Virus record (IMG/VR): IMGVR_UViG_3300028883_000036
Location: 43,656 to 107,655 of that record
Direction: 5' to 3' (one strand)
Length of the DNA: 64,000 nucleotides
Source of the DNA: a virus
Both the position numbers and the translations under genes were made by a program. Below, one piece after another: positions 38,692-47,108 of the stretch. Under the pieces are notes generated by a model. The model did not search any database, was not told where the DNA came from, and saw only the letters and a list, made by a program, of their open reading frames with translations. Within the stretch, counting starts at the first letter, position 1; each line of letters starts with the position of its first letter.

Positions 38692-40011
38692 CTATTTACT
38701 TAATATTCTTATTTGTTGAATATCTCCTTCTTGACGTATATTTGTTATTTTTGATTTATATAAAATTTTACTATCAATATTTGTATATGCATTTTTAATT
38801 AAAACTAATCTTTGCCTATATGGATATGTACTACCTGGATCAAATGAATGAGTGACACTTTTTATTAAATATTTACCTTCAAGCAAATCGTTATAAGCTA
38901 CATAATCTCCTTTATTTCTAAATGCACTAGGCCAAGCTATCTGTATTTGCTGTCCTGCAAATCTTTTTTCATGTCCTTCAACAATTAAATTTACAATAAA
39001 TTGCATATTATATCTTTTTGACCAATCATTATAAGCTATATTATCAAGAAGAAAATCATCATTCCCACCAACAATAACATTTGATGATAAAACATCATCC
39101 ATTTGATTATATAAAGTTTTACTGCCTAGCATAACAGTATTATCAGCCCCATCTGAATATACATATTCATGATTTAATAATTTCTTTGTATTAAAATCAT
39201 ATCCTTTCCATACTCCACCTCTTAAAACTGAATTTGAATTTCTATCAAGCCCACTCATCCACCATTCAAGGATCTTATTTTCAGCAGATACTTCTGCTTT
39301 ATCAAATGAATATTTTATAGGATCATATGTTTTTCCTAAATCATATAACAAGTAATTCATTGTAACAAGATTATGACTAATTCCTTTATCTGTATTATTA
39401 AAACATAAATACCCACTTGTTCCTGAATCTTTCCCCTTTGCCCTTCTCATTAACCATCTCATAGCTGTTTGAGGATTCCAATAGGGAATAATAAAATCTG
39501 TTTTATTACTACTTTCTTCTACATTAAAAACTCTACCAGCTTGTTTAAAAAATACCATATTATTCAATATATCTTTCATTATATCAGAATAATATTTATC
39601 ACTCCAACTTCTACTATATTTTCTTAAAGAAAAACCAGTATAAAATGGATCAACAAAATTCATAGTAATAAGATTATCACTTTCTTCTCTCATACCTGAA
39701 CCTGTTTGTTGAATCTTACCAACTTTCCATATGTCAAAAATTAATTCTCTATTCTTTTGTTTTCCATCTTTCCCAACAGAATATATAATAGCTAACTTTT
39801 CATTTCCTGTAAATGGGCCATATTGCATTATATTATATCTATCATTTATAGTAATAGTTCCAGTAAGACAGAACTTAAATATATCTTCTATAAAATATAA
39901 TTTATTAATATCTGCATTGTTTAAAACAATAGGTTGTTTTTCTGTAATTAACAATACACTAAAAATATTTTTTTTAAGTTCTACCTTTCCTTTATCATAA
40001 TCTGTTTGCAT
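38692..40011 (-). CDS. Baseplate hub protein (gp27-like)
   Basis: EDIF...TG.I.I.D, IPYWNP..A..WL, LEGKYLIKSVTH; lies between gp53 and gp5. Confidence 0.75.
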   Translation of the reverse strand: MQTDYDKGKVELKKNIFSVLLITEKQPIVLNNADINKLYFIEDIFKFCLTGTITINDRYNIMQYGPFTGNEKLAIIYSVGKDGKQKNRELIFDIWKVGKIQQTGSGMREESDNLITMNFVDPFYTGFSLRKYSRSWSDKYYSDIMKDILNNMVFFKQAGRVFNVEESSNKTDFIIPYWNPQTAMRWLMRRAKGKDSGTSGYLCFNNTDKGISHNLVTMNYLLYDLGKTYDPIKYSFDKAEVSAENKILEWWMSGLDRNSNSVLRGGVWKGYDFNTKKLLNHEYVYSDGADNTVMLGSKTLYNQMDDVLSSNVIVGGNDDFLLDNIAYNDWSKRYNMQFIVNLIVEGHEKRFAGQQIQIAWPSAFRNKGDYVAYNDLLEGKYLIKSVTHSFDPGSTYPYRQRLVLIKNAYTNIDSKILYKSKITNIRQEGDIQQIRILSK

Positions 40012-40012
40012 A

Positions 40013-40399
40013 TTATTCTTCCGCTATTTTTTCAAGATCTGTTATTAATTGATATACATAATCATCTCTCAAAACATTTAATAAATCACCATCTTCAAGT
40101 TCTTCAAATGGATTTGAAATATTATTTAATAGTGCTATAACCCACCATAAATAAGGAGTATTATAAAGATTATAAGAAACATTATCCCAATATTCACCAT
40201 TTGATACTTCATATGTTTCAAAAAATGAAATATCACTAAGAATATCTTCATTAACTATATAACTTCTAAAAATATTCATAAATTTAGTTTCTCTATCTTC
40301 ATCTAATAAAATATTAAATAATCTTAAAAAACTAAATGAATTTCTTTCAACACCCGTTAATTCAAAAAAACTTTTAGTAGTGTATTCAGTTACAGACAT
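40013..40399 (-). CDS. Baseplate wedge gp53-like (LysM-like)
   Basis: YEVSNGEYWDNVSYNLY.TPYLWWVIALLNNISNPF. Confidence 0.88.
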   Translation of the reverse strand: MSVTEYTTKSFFELTGVERNSFSFLRLFNILLDEDRETKFMNIFRSYIVNEDILSDISFFETYEVSNGEYWDNVSYNLYNTPYLWWVIALLNNISNPFEELEDGDLLNVLRDDYVYQLITDLEKIAEE

Positions 40400-40408
40400 A
40401 TTATCTCC

Positions 40409-40726
40409 TTACCTTAAATCTATAGTTTTACCACAATGAGGACAAACAATTCCTTTATTATGCCCTTGTCTTCCTCTACCACCATGAGGATGAGCAGTAG
40501 TATAAGCCATCACACCATCTTCAGATTCCATGATACCTTCATCAAATTCAAATATAATATTACCTTCAGAATCTCTTATAAGCATCTTATCCATTTTCTT
40601 CTTATATATTACTTGATTTTTTTTAGCTGTATCAATTGATTTAAAAAATACATTATCAATAGTATCTACAGGTTTATAAGTAGCTTTCCTATTTAAATAT
40701 TTTTCCATTTTTTCTTGTGTATTCAT
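40409..40726 (-). CDS. Hypothetical protein with KYLN leader and C-terminal CPHCG
   Basis: MNTQEKMEKYLN; VCPHCGK. Confidence 0.65.
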   Translation of the reverse strand: MNTQEKMEKYLNRKATYKPVDTIDNVFFKSIDTAKKNQVIYKKKMDKMLIRDSEGNIIFEFDEGIMESEDGVMAYTTAHPHGGRGRQGHNKGIVCPHCGKTIDLR

Positions 40727-40775
40727 AATACCCCCCTTTGAACATAGATATCCTACATTAATTATATCTAATTAT

Positions 40776-40783
40776 TATTTATA
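40776..40783 (-). promoter_or_regulatory. T4-type late promoter TATAAATA
   Basis: Exact TATAAATA upstream of the baseplate operon, just downstream of a terminator. Confidence 0.6.
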
Positions 40784-40800
40784 TATTTTAGGGAGATTTT

Positions 40801-40853
40801 AAAAGAAAAAGAAAAAGAAAAAGAAAAAAGGGGAGATGCTTGGCATCCCCCCC
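40801..40853 (-). terminator. Rho-independent terminator
   Basis: GGGGGGATGC-CAA-GCATCTCCCC 10-bp stem followed by repeated U5-6 tracts. Confidence 0.8.
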
Positions 40854-40920
40854 TTAACTAAAAGGAGTCAAAATAAAACTATAATTATAATCTTATCTTA
40901 ACAAAGGAAAACATAAAAAA

Positions 40921-41076
40921 TTAATTACATTTTGTAGAAAAAATATCTTGATTTTCACCTGAAGCAAAAATATCAGATTGACTACCTGTATTCCAAGCTT
41001 CTTCTGAAGATTGTTCTATATCTTCAGGATCAATCAAAAAATCATCATCTCCAAAAAAATCGTCAAATGGCATCAT
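40921..41076 (-). CDS. 51-aa acidic microprotein (not in ORF track)
   Basis: MMPFDDFFGDDDFLIDPEDIEQSSEEAWNTGSQSDIFASGENQDIFSTKCN; AAGGAG RBS; own promoter and terminator. Confidence 0.75.
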   Translation of the reverse strand: MMPFDDFFGDDDFLIDPEDIEQSSEEAWNTGSQSDIFASGENQDIFSTKCN

Positions 41077-41136
41077 TTTCTCCTTTTTGTTATAGATTAT
41101 TAATCCAATATAAATAAACCATTAACTTATATTCAA

Positions 41137-41165
41137 ATCATATATCATAAAAACGCTAATGTCAA
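41137..41165 (-). promoter_or_regulatory. Near-consensus sigma70 promoter
   Basis: TTGACA-N17-TATGAT, about 60 nt upstream of the acidic microprotein. Confidence 0.7.
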
Positions 41166-41821
41166 GTATTTTTTATCAATGGTTTAATAAAATCTTTAAA
41201 AACTCTCATATATTTTAAATGATAATCATCATTTGATCCTGCCGATATATCATTTTTTGTACTATGAGCTATAAAATATGCATTTGGTTCAGGAACACCA
41301 ATATAACCATTCGCAAAACATTTCAATAAAAATGCATAATCTAATAATCTCTTATATTTATTATCAGTTACAAGCTTAACTTTTTCAATCACAGTCGATC
41401 TAAATAACGAATTCGAACTTATATAATTACCTTGAATTAACCTATTAATATCATAAGGCATTGCTGGAAAACTAGCATTTATATGCCCCTTAAACTGAAA
41501 TGATGCATAACAATACCCAATATTTGAATTCATATTATTCAATTTATCATATAATTTGTCAAGTAAATTCCTACCAGCTTCAATATCACGATCAATCATC
41601 ATATAGTAAGGTGGTAGCTTACCAAACTTATTTTTAAACCATTTAATGCCCTCTATGGCATTTGTGGGTATGTTTTTATTACCTGCACTTGATATCCAAT
41701 AAAAAGGAGTTTTATTCCTTTTTAATGTTTTTTTGGTATGCTTGCTTATATTATGATCTGGTAATAATGGAGTAACAACCAAAATTTGAGGATTTTTACA
41801 TTCTTTAATAATATTAATCAT
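41162..41821 (-). CDS. GT2-like glycosyltransferase
   Basis: ILVVTP, MMIDRD DxD, L..LY..L, GNYISSNSLFR, RLLDYAFLL. Confidence 0.8.
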   Translation of the reverse strand: MINIIKECKNPQILVVTPLLPDHNISKHTKKTLKRNKTPFYWISSAGNKNIPTNAIEGIKWFKNKFGKLPPYYMMIDRDIEAGRNLLDKLYDKLNNMNSNIGYCYASFQFKGHINASFPAMPYDINRLIQGNYISSNSLFRSTVIEKVKLVTDNKYKRLLDYAFLLKCFANGYIGVPEPNAYFIAHSTKNDISAGSNDDYHLKYMRVFKDFIKPLIKNT

Positions 41822-41827
41822 AAAAGT

Positions 41828-41856
41828 ACCATATCATATTATTTATAAATTGTAAA
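41828..41856 (-). promoter_or_regulatory. Nested sigma70-like and late promoters
   Basis: TTTACA-N17-TATGGT containing TATAAATA (41840-41847) in its spacer. Confidence 0.5.
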
Positions 41857-41863
41857 GATTTTT

Positions 41864-42844
41864 TTATGGATTAGCATATGGAGAAGATGGTGGTGTAAAA
41901 TCTACTCCTTGATATGCTGCATAATTTAATATTCTAAGTTCATCAATATACATATCTATATTATTACTTCCATCACCATCAAATCCAATTCTTAATGGAT
42001 CTCCATTATCATATATCGTTCCAGAAAATGCTACAGGTGAATTATCTTTTGTTCCATTCCAATAGAAATATAAATTATTTCCATATCTCTCAAAAGCAAA
42101 ATGTCTCCATGATGCTGCTCCAATATAATATGAACCACCAACATGAGTCCATGCACCAGCACCAGCAGTAGCTACAGCAAATGTTGGTCTTCCTGCTCCT
42201 TGTGTTTGAAGTTTTCCCCAACGATAAGAATTAGCAGTAATACTTTTACTTATAAAATGAGAATCACCAGGATAATCTACAAGACGCATCCAGCAATCAA
42301 TAGTAAAATCTTTATCACCAAAAGCAAGTACTGAATGATGAGCAACATCAAGCCAAGTATTTGCTGCTACATGACATGAATAACTTCCAAATTTAGACGT
42401 TCCAGACCTTACAGCACCATTTAAAGTTACACTATGACTATAATTTGATGAATCAGTCAATCCTACATCATCCATATGCATTAAAAGAATTATTTGTTCT
42501 GTTGCACTCTCACTACTTGAAGAACTTTTACTACTTGAGCTTGAAGATTCAGAGCTTGAACTTATAGAACTGCTACTTTCAGAGCTTGAACTTATAGAAC
42601 TGCTACTTTCAGAGCTTGAACTTGAAGATTCAGAGCTTGAACTTATAGAACTGCTACTTTCAGAGCTTGAACTTATAGAACTGCTACTTTCAGAGCTTGA
42701 ACTTATAGAACTACTACTTTCAGAGCTTGAACTTATAGAACTGCTACTTTCAGAGCTTGAACTTATAGAACTACTACTTGAACTACTTGAAGATGATCTT
42801 ATAGTAATATAAAAAGCTAAATTTTGTTGTGATTTAAAACTCAT
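41864..42844 (-). CDS. Poly-serine linker plus LamG/ConA-like domain virion protein
   Basis: LLMHMD..TDSS, FGDKDFTIDCW, WRHFA.ERYG...YWNG, LRIG, YIDELRI. Confidence 0.8.
   Translation of the reverse strand: MSFKSQQNLAFYITIRSSSSSSSSSSISSSSESSSSISSSSESSSSISSSSESSSSISSSSESSSSISSSSESSSSSSESSSSISSSSESSSSISSSSESSSSSSKSSSSSESATEQIILLMHMDDVGLTDSSNYSHSVTLNGAVRSGTSKFGSYSCHVAANTWLDVAHHSVLAFGDKDFTIDCWMRLVDYPGDSHFISKSITANSYRWGKLQTQGAGRPTFAVATAGAGAWTHVGGSYYIGAASWRHFAFERYGNNLYFYWNGTKDNSPVAFSGTIYDNGDPLRIGFDGDGSNNIDMYIDELRILNYAAYQGVDFTPPSSPYANP
42548..42776. repeat. 30-nt tandem repeat encoding (SSSISSSSES)n
   Basis: About 6-7 copies of ttcagagcttgaacttatagaactgctact. Confidence 0.85.
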
Positions 42845-42846
42845 AT

Positions 42847-42966
42847 TTATCCTGTACTTGTAGAAGAACTAGAAACAGAACTAGAACTAGAACTTAAAGA
42901 ACTTGAACTGCTTGAGCTACTTGAACTTGATGATCTAAATACTATTTCATAATATAAATCTGCCAT
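42847..42966 (-). CDS. 39-aa poly-serine microprotein (not in ORF track)
   Basis: MADLYYEIVFR then 23 Ser in the last 28 residues; GAGGA RBS; fills the gap between two genes. Confidence 0.75.
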   Translation of the reverse strand: MADLYYEIVFRSSSSSSSSSSSSLSSSSSSVSSSSTSTG

Positions 42967-42973
42967 ATATCCT

Positions 42974-43282
42974 CTAACAAATATCTGTAACTAAAATTTT
43001 TGTGCAATGATTTGTGATATCACCATCATTTCTATGTATTTCCCAATAAAGATCATATTCAGCAGCACTAGCTGTTATCGTTTGAGTTACTGTTGTCCAT
43101 ATTTGATTTTTATAAACTCTTGCAGCAGAACGTGAAACTAAAACATTATCTTTTATAGACCCTTTAATTTGATAATAAGCACCAGAAGGATAAAAAGCTT
43201 CTCCTGTACTTCTATTCCATACATTTAATTGTACAGTAGACTTATTATTTCTGCTTAATTCTATATATGTTTTGTCTGCCAT
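42974..43282 (-). CDS. Small Ig/BppU-like virion protein
   Basis: Beta-rich, T..A.EYDLYWEI pattern; structural context. Confidence 0.5.
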   Translation of the reverse strand: MADKTYIELSRNNKSTVQLNVWNRSTGEAFYPSGAYYQIKGSIKDNVLVSRSAARVYKNQIWTTVTQTITASAAEYDLYWEIHRNDGDITNHCTKILVTDIC

Positions 43283-43785
43283 TATTTTTTCCTTTTAGTT
43301 TTTTTCTTTTTTCTAAATGTTATAGCTTTCTTAAATTTACTTAGTAAAGCTGTTGTTATTTTCTTACTAAAATCTTTCGAAAATGTTGATACAACTACTT
43401 TTTCTATATTATCAAATGGTATTTCTTCTAAATTTCTTATATAATAATTAGGTTTAAAAAAATATCTTCTTATAGCTGGTTTTAAATATGGATATTTTGA
43501 TATAACCTTTCTCCATGTAAATTTTATATTTCCTGATCTATCTAATTCTTTCATCCATATCTTTAAAAATCTTTTTCTTTGTGCTCTTGGAATATAAGTA
43601 AAATTGATACATTGAAATATTCTCCATTGATGCCCTGAATTTTGATGAATACCTTCTATAGATGCCATAAAAATTACAGTAGGTTTTGGATCATGTTCCC
43701 AAGCTTGATATTTAAATCTATAAAAATGACCTGAACGTAGAGCAACACCTTTAAACTTCTTTCTATAAATATGTCTTAAAGCCAT
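43282..43785 (-). CDS. DNA end protector gp2-like
   Basis: GHFYRFKY...D.KP.VI, INFTYIP..QR, YPYLKPAIRRY. Confidence 0.75.
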   Translation of the reverse strand: MALRHIYRKKFKGVALRSGHFYRFKYQAWEHDPKPTVIFMASIEGIHQNSGHQWRIFQCINFTYIPRAQRKRFLKIWMKELDRSGNIKFTWRKVISKYPYLKPAIRRYFFKPNYYIRNLEEIPFDNIEKVVVSTFSKDFSKKITTALLSKFKKAITFRKKKKTKRKK

Positions 43786-44055
43786 TTATTTCATCCAATC
43801 TATTATTTGATTAACTGTACCTTGCCCACCAATTATATACTTTCCATATGTATTAATTAATTTTTTAACTTTCTTTTTATCACCTTTTTTCATTGCCCAT
43901 GAAACATTAGCAGTTATTTCCCCTTCTTTACCTTTCATTACTTTAGCAATTTGTTCTAATGCATCAGCAAGACTACTTTTATCATATTTAGAAGAATCAA
44001 ATTTCATATTAGGAATATATTTGGCTTCACCTATATATTTTTCTATTAAATCCAT
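43786..44055 (-). CDS. Small head/internal-type protein, leader MDLIEKYIGE
   Basis: Shared N-terminal leader family. Confidence 0.65.
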   Translation of the reverse strand: MDLIEKYIGEAKYIPNMKFDSSKYDKSSLADALEQIAKVMKGKEGEITANVSWAMKKGDKKKVKKLINTYGKYIIGGQGTVNQIIDWMK

Positions 44056-44056
44056 A

Positions 44057-44344
44057 TTATTTTCCTAACCCTTTTATGATTTCTTTAGGTGAAGCATTAA
44101 GATATTTTGCTGATTTTAATGATTTATTTATCGCCTTTTTAATATCATTAAAAAGAATTCCATAAACTTTATTATAATCTTTTATATCACCAAATGTAGA
44201 ATATTCCAAAGGAAGTAATTTTTCTAATTGAGAAATAGCAATTCTCTTTTCACCCATTATCGCTCTTGTCATAGCATCAGCAACACCATTTACATTAGAT
44301 GATGATTCATTTAATTTCAAATCAATCTTTTCCATTATATTCAT
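44057..44344 (-). CDS. Small head/internal-type protein, leader MNIMEKIDLKLNE
   Basis: AAGGAG RBS plus leader nearly identical to that of 44384..44659. Confidence 0.7.
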   Translation of the reverse strand: MNIMEKIDLKLNESSSNVNGVADAMTRAIMGEKRIAISQLEKLLPLEYSTFGDIKDYNKVYGILFNDIKKAINKSLKSAKYLNASPKEIIKGLGK

Positions 44345-44673
44345 ATCAATTCTCCTTACTAAATTCATTTATTTAATCTAATCTTATTGCATTCTTTTAT
44401 ATTCAATTAACATAGTACGAACAGCATCAATATATCTAATAATTGCTTGACTCATATTTGATTTATCTCTATTATAATCCAAATCGCTTATCATAGATGT
44501 TCCACCAACAATATCTTCCATTTTTTCTATTTCTTTACTAATGTTACTAGTTATTTTATTAAATTCTTTTGATTTTTTTATAAGATCATTAAAATTACGT
44601 TCCAATCCACTTACATTAGCTTCATTTAATTTTAAATCAATCTTTTCCATTAAATCCATATCAATTCTCCTTA
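44306..44673. repeat. Duplicated 53-nt RBS-plus-leader cassette
   Basis: 44306-44358 vs 44621-44673: 50 of 53 nt identical; identity ends exactly after the ..LNE codon. Confidence 0.9.
44384..44659 (-). CDS. Small head/internal-type protein, leader MDLMEKIDLKLNE
   Basis: AAGGAG RBS; shared leader. Confidence 0.7.
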   Translation of the reverse strand: MDLMEKIDLKLNEANVSGLERNFNDLIKKSKEFNKITSNISKEIEKMEDIVGGTSMISDLDYNRDKSNMSQAIIRYIDAVRTMLIEYKRMQ

Positions 44674-44955
44674 TTAAACAAAATTCCAAACTTGTCCTTG
44701 ACCAGCTTTAAATTCATCTATTTCATCAGAATCTTCAAGTTCCATTTCTTTCTTAACTCCTGCAAAATGACCTTCAGCATTAGTACCAGCAAGACTAATA
44801 TAATCATCACCAAATAATGCTTCTACTCTATCTCCTGGTCTAAAATCCCCCCACCAATTTAAAAATTGAATTGGTCTTGTTCCATCAACCATATCCCCTT
44901 TTACATATGTTTCAGACACAAACATATCTAATTTTTTTAATAATTCATCTCCCAT
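44674..44955 (-). CDS. Small protein, leader MGDELLKKLDMFVSE
   Basis: GGAG RBS; leader variant. Confidence 0.65.
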   Translation of the reverse strand: MGDELLKKLDMFVSETYVKGDMVDGTRPIQFLNWWGDFRPGDRVEALFGDDYISLAGTNAEGHFAGVKKEMELEDSDEIDEFKAGQGQVWNFV

Positions 44956-44965
44956 TTTTATCTCC

Positions 44966-45394
44966 TTATTTATTTAGCCATTCTTTATGATTATCAGGAT
45001 CAATATAACCTTTAATTTTCATTACGACTGATGTTAAATAATCCCATTTATCCATTTCTGTATTAAAATTAAATTTTCCCCATCCTGCTATACTAATTTT
45101 ATCTTTTGTTAAATTAATAATATGTTTATCAGAAAATATATTAGGTATTCTCTTATTCAATTCTTTTTTTATATCTTTTCTATATTCACTCCATCCTTTA
45201 TCAGTACTCAAATTATATTTACTTAATTTTATACTCTTTAAAGCATCACTAACTTTTTTATAATAATCAGTTTCAGATTTTACAGTTTCTTTATATTCTT
45301 TCTTTTTATTTCCTTCTAATTTATCATAAATTTGTTTTCTTTTTCTATTTCTACCAAATATATCTTCACATAAATATTTATCTATTAAATTCAT
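44966..45394 (-). CDS. Small protein, leader MNLIDKYLCE
   Basis: Shared leader. Confidence 0.7.
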   Translation of the reverse strand: MNLIDKYLCEDIFGRNRKRKQIYDKLEGNKKKEYKETVKSETDYYKKVSDALKSIKLSKYNLSTDKGWSEYRKDIKKELNKRIPNIFSDKHIINLTKDKISIAGWGKFNFNTEMDKWDYLTSVVMKIKGYIDPDNHKEWLNK

Positions 45395-45443
45395 AATCTA
45401 TTTTCCATTTATTTAATATTACCAAATAACTTTTAAATCTCAT
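45378..45443 (-). pseudogene. Leader-only 21-aa ORF MRFKSYLVILNKWKIDYEFNR (possible cassette remnant)
   Basis: ATGA overlap with gp4 stop; begins like MKFKRYLNE / MKFKSFI. Confidence 0.35.
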
Positions 45444-45889
45444 TTATTATTCCTAAATAAATCCTTTTCTGTTAATATTATAAATTCATAACCAAGTTTT
45501 TTACAATACATTTTTGCTGCTTTAAATTTTGCTTGATTAGTAAGAAATGTAGTTTCTCTCATCATCATTGTTTTTTTACTTTTCCCACCTTTTTTTCTTG
45601 GCATTCTTAAATCTTTTTCTGGTTTTACTTCTATAATAAACTTCTTTCTATTTTTAAACATTACATAAAAATCAGGATAATATATTCTATTTTTACCTTT
45701 AAGACCATCAAAATAAGGTATTCTATGTCCCTCACTTGACCATTCTAAAACTTGTTTGTTATAATCAAGCCACTGACATACTTTATATTCCCATGAAGAT
45801 CTACATACTATTGGATATGTTCCACAATATTTTTCAGTATATTCTGGTATATATTCACGTTCATTTTTATTTCTTTTGTATTTCTTCAT
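45440..45889 (-). CDS. Head completion nuclease gp4-like (TnsA-type PD-(D/E)xK)
   Basis: KY.G..PIVCRSSWE, WSSE..IPY, YYPDFY, IIEVKP, NQAKFKAA, LTEKDL. Confidence 0.92.
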   Translation of the reverse strand: MKKYKRNKNEREYIPEYTEKYCGTYPIVCRSSWEYKVCQWLDYNKQVLEWSSEGHRIPYFDGLKGKNRIYYPDFYVMFKNRKKFIIEVKPEKDLRMPRKKGGKSKKTMMMRETTFLTNQAKFKAAKMYCKKLGYEFIILTEKDLFRNNK

Positions 45890-46315
45890 CTACATAAATT
45901 TTCTAATTCTCTTTCCTCTTGCAGTTTTACCTTGAGATACTTTTCTTTTCTTCATTCTATTCCATTGTTTATATTTAGTGGTTCTTCTGAATTTTTTAGC
46001 TTTCAATTTTAAAGCTGCTCTATTCCTTCTATATTCCATTCTTCTTTTTCTTTTATCAGAAGGTTTGATTTTAACTTTTCTTGCTGTTACAGCTTCTTCA
46101 ACATCATCATCAAAAATATTATCAATGTTATCATCTGCAATTTGATCAATTATTTCTGTCAATTCTTCAACTTGATCTTCAGAAAGATTATCAGTATTAA
46201 GATTAATAATAAATTCCATCATTTTATTCATCATTGAAACATCTTCTTCAGGATAGTATTCATCAGAATCTTTATCATTTAGGTAATCTTCAAGTTTTTT
46301 CTGAATATCACTCAT
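45890..46315 (-). CDS. Prohead core-like protein (gp68-like), acidic N-terminus and basic C-terminus
   Basis: Acidic half ending VEE, then an Arg/Lys-rich half; paralog of 46648..47106. Confidence 0.55.
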   Translation of the reverse strand: MSDIQKKLEDYLNDKDSDEYYPEEDVSMMNKMMEFIINLNTDNLSEDQVEELTEIIDQIADDNIDNIFDDDVEEAVTARKVKIKPSDKRKRRMEYRRNRAALKLKAKKFRRTTKYKQWNRMKKRKVSQGKTARGKRIRKFM

Positions 46316-46339
46316 TAGTTTATCTCCTTTTTTTAAATA

Positions 46340-46603
46340 TTAATCATCATATCCATATACCTTCCCACCTTTTTTCTTCTTTGTTTCTCCTGATGCATTC
46401 CATTTTTTATCTACCTCATTAAAAAAATCATCTTGTTTATTTTTGGGAAGATCTTTATAGCTTTTTACTTTCCATTTCTTTAACATTTTTTTAAAGAACT
46501 CATCATATTCTTTACCACCAACTTTTCTTTTAGCTTCTAATACTCTATCTAACCTATTTTCTATTTTATCAATTTGTGATTCAATTTTATCTATAATTCT
46601 CAT
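46340..46603 (-). CDS. Small head-associated protein
   Basis: YDEFFKKMLKKW...L...Q.DFFNEVDKKW motif I associate with T4-like phage head proteins. Confidence 0.55.
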   Translation of the reverse strand: MRIIDKIESQIDKIENRLDRVLEAKRKVGGKEYDEFFKKMLKKWKVKSYKDLPKNKQDDFFNEVDKKWNASGETKKKKGGKVYGYDD

Positions 46604-46647
46604 TATCTATTCTCCTATTATTTTAAAATAGTTACAGAAATTTTCTT

Positions 46648-47106
46648 TTAGTTATTTCTATCACTTCTCTTTCTTACATGATATTTAACTTTTCTTCTTC
46701 CTGTAGATGTTCTTCCTTGACTTTCTAATCTTTCTTTAGTTCTTAATCTTTTCCTACCTTCAGAACTTCTTTTTAATCTTTCTTTCCTTTTTTTAATTTG
46801 TGTTTTATTTGTACTATACCATTTTTTTGATGCTTGATTTTTAGTTGAAGTTGACATTCTAGCAAGTTTAGGATTTCCTTCTTCCTGTATATCTTCAACT
46901 TCAACTTCAAGTTTTTCTATCATATCTATTACTTCTTCAATTTGAGAATCAGTTAATTTATCTGGTTCAAGATTAATTATAAAATTTGCCATTTTTGAAA
47001 ATATTTTTTCATCAAATGAAAAACTAGTATCCACCTTAGTCTTTCCTTTAGGTAATATATTATTCTCTTGTTCAAGAATATCATCTATCTTATCAAATAA
47101 ATTCAT
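46648..47106 (-). CDS. Prohead core-like protein, leader MNLFDKIDDILEQE
   Basis: KM.NFIINL.PD.L.D.Q.EE shared with 45890..46315; basic C-terminus. Confidence 0.55.
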   Translation of the reverse strand: MNLFDKIDDILEQENNILPKGKTKVDTSFSFDEKIFSKMANFIINLEPDKLTDSQIEEVIDMIEKLEVEVEDIQEEGNPKLARMSTSTKNQASKKWYSTNKTQIKKRKERLKRSSEGRKRLRTKERLESQGRTSTGRRKVKYHVRKRSDRNN

Positions 47107-47108
47107 AT

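Noticed and set aside
45420-45442. Second UGA read-through after gp4
   Set aside because: Only six codons to the next stop, no Cys-type motif or hairpin, and gp4 is already complete.
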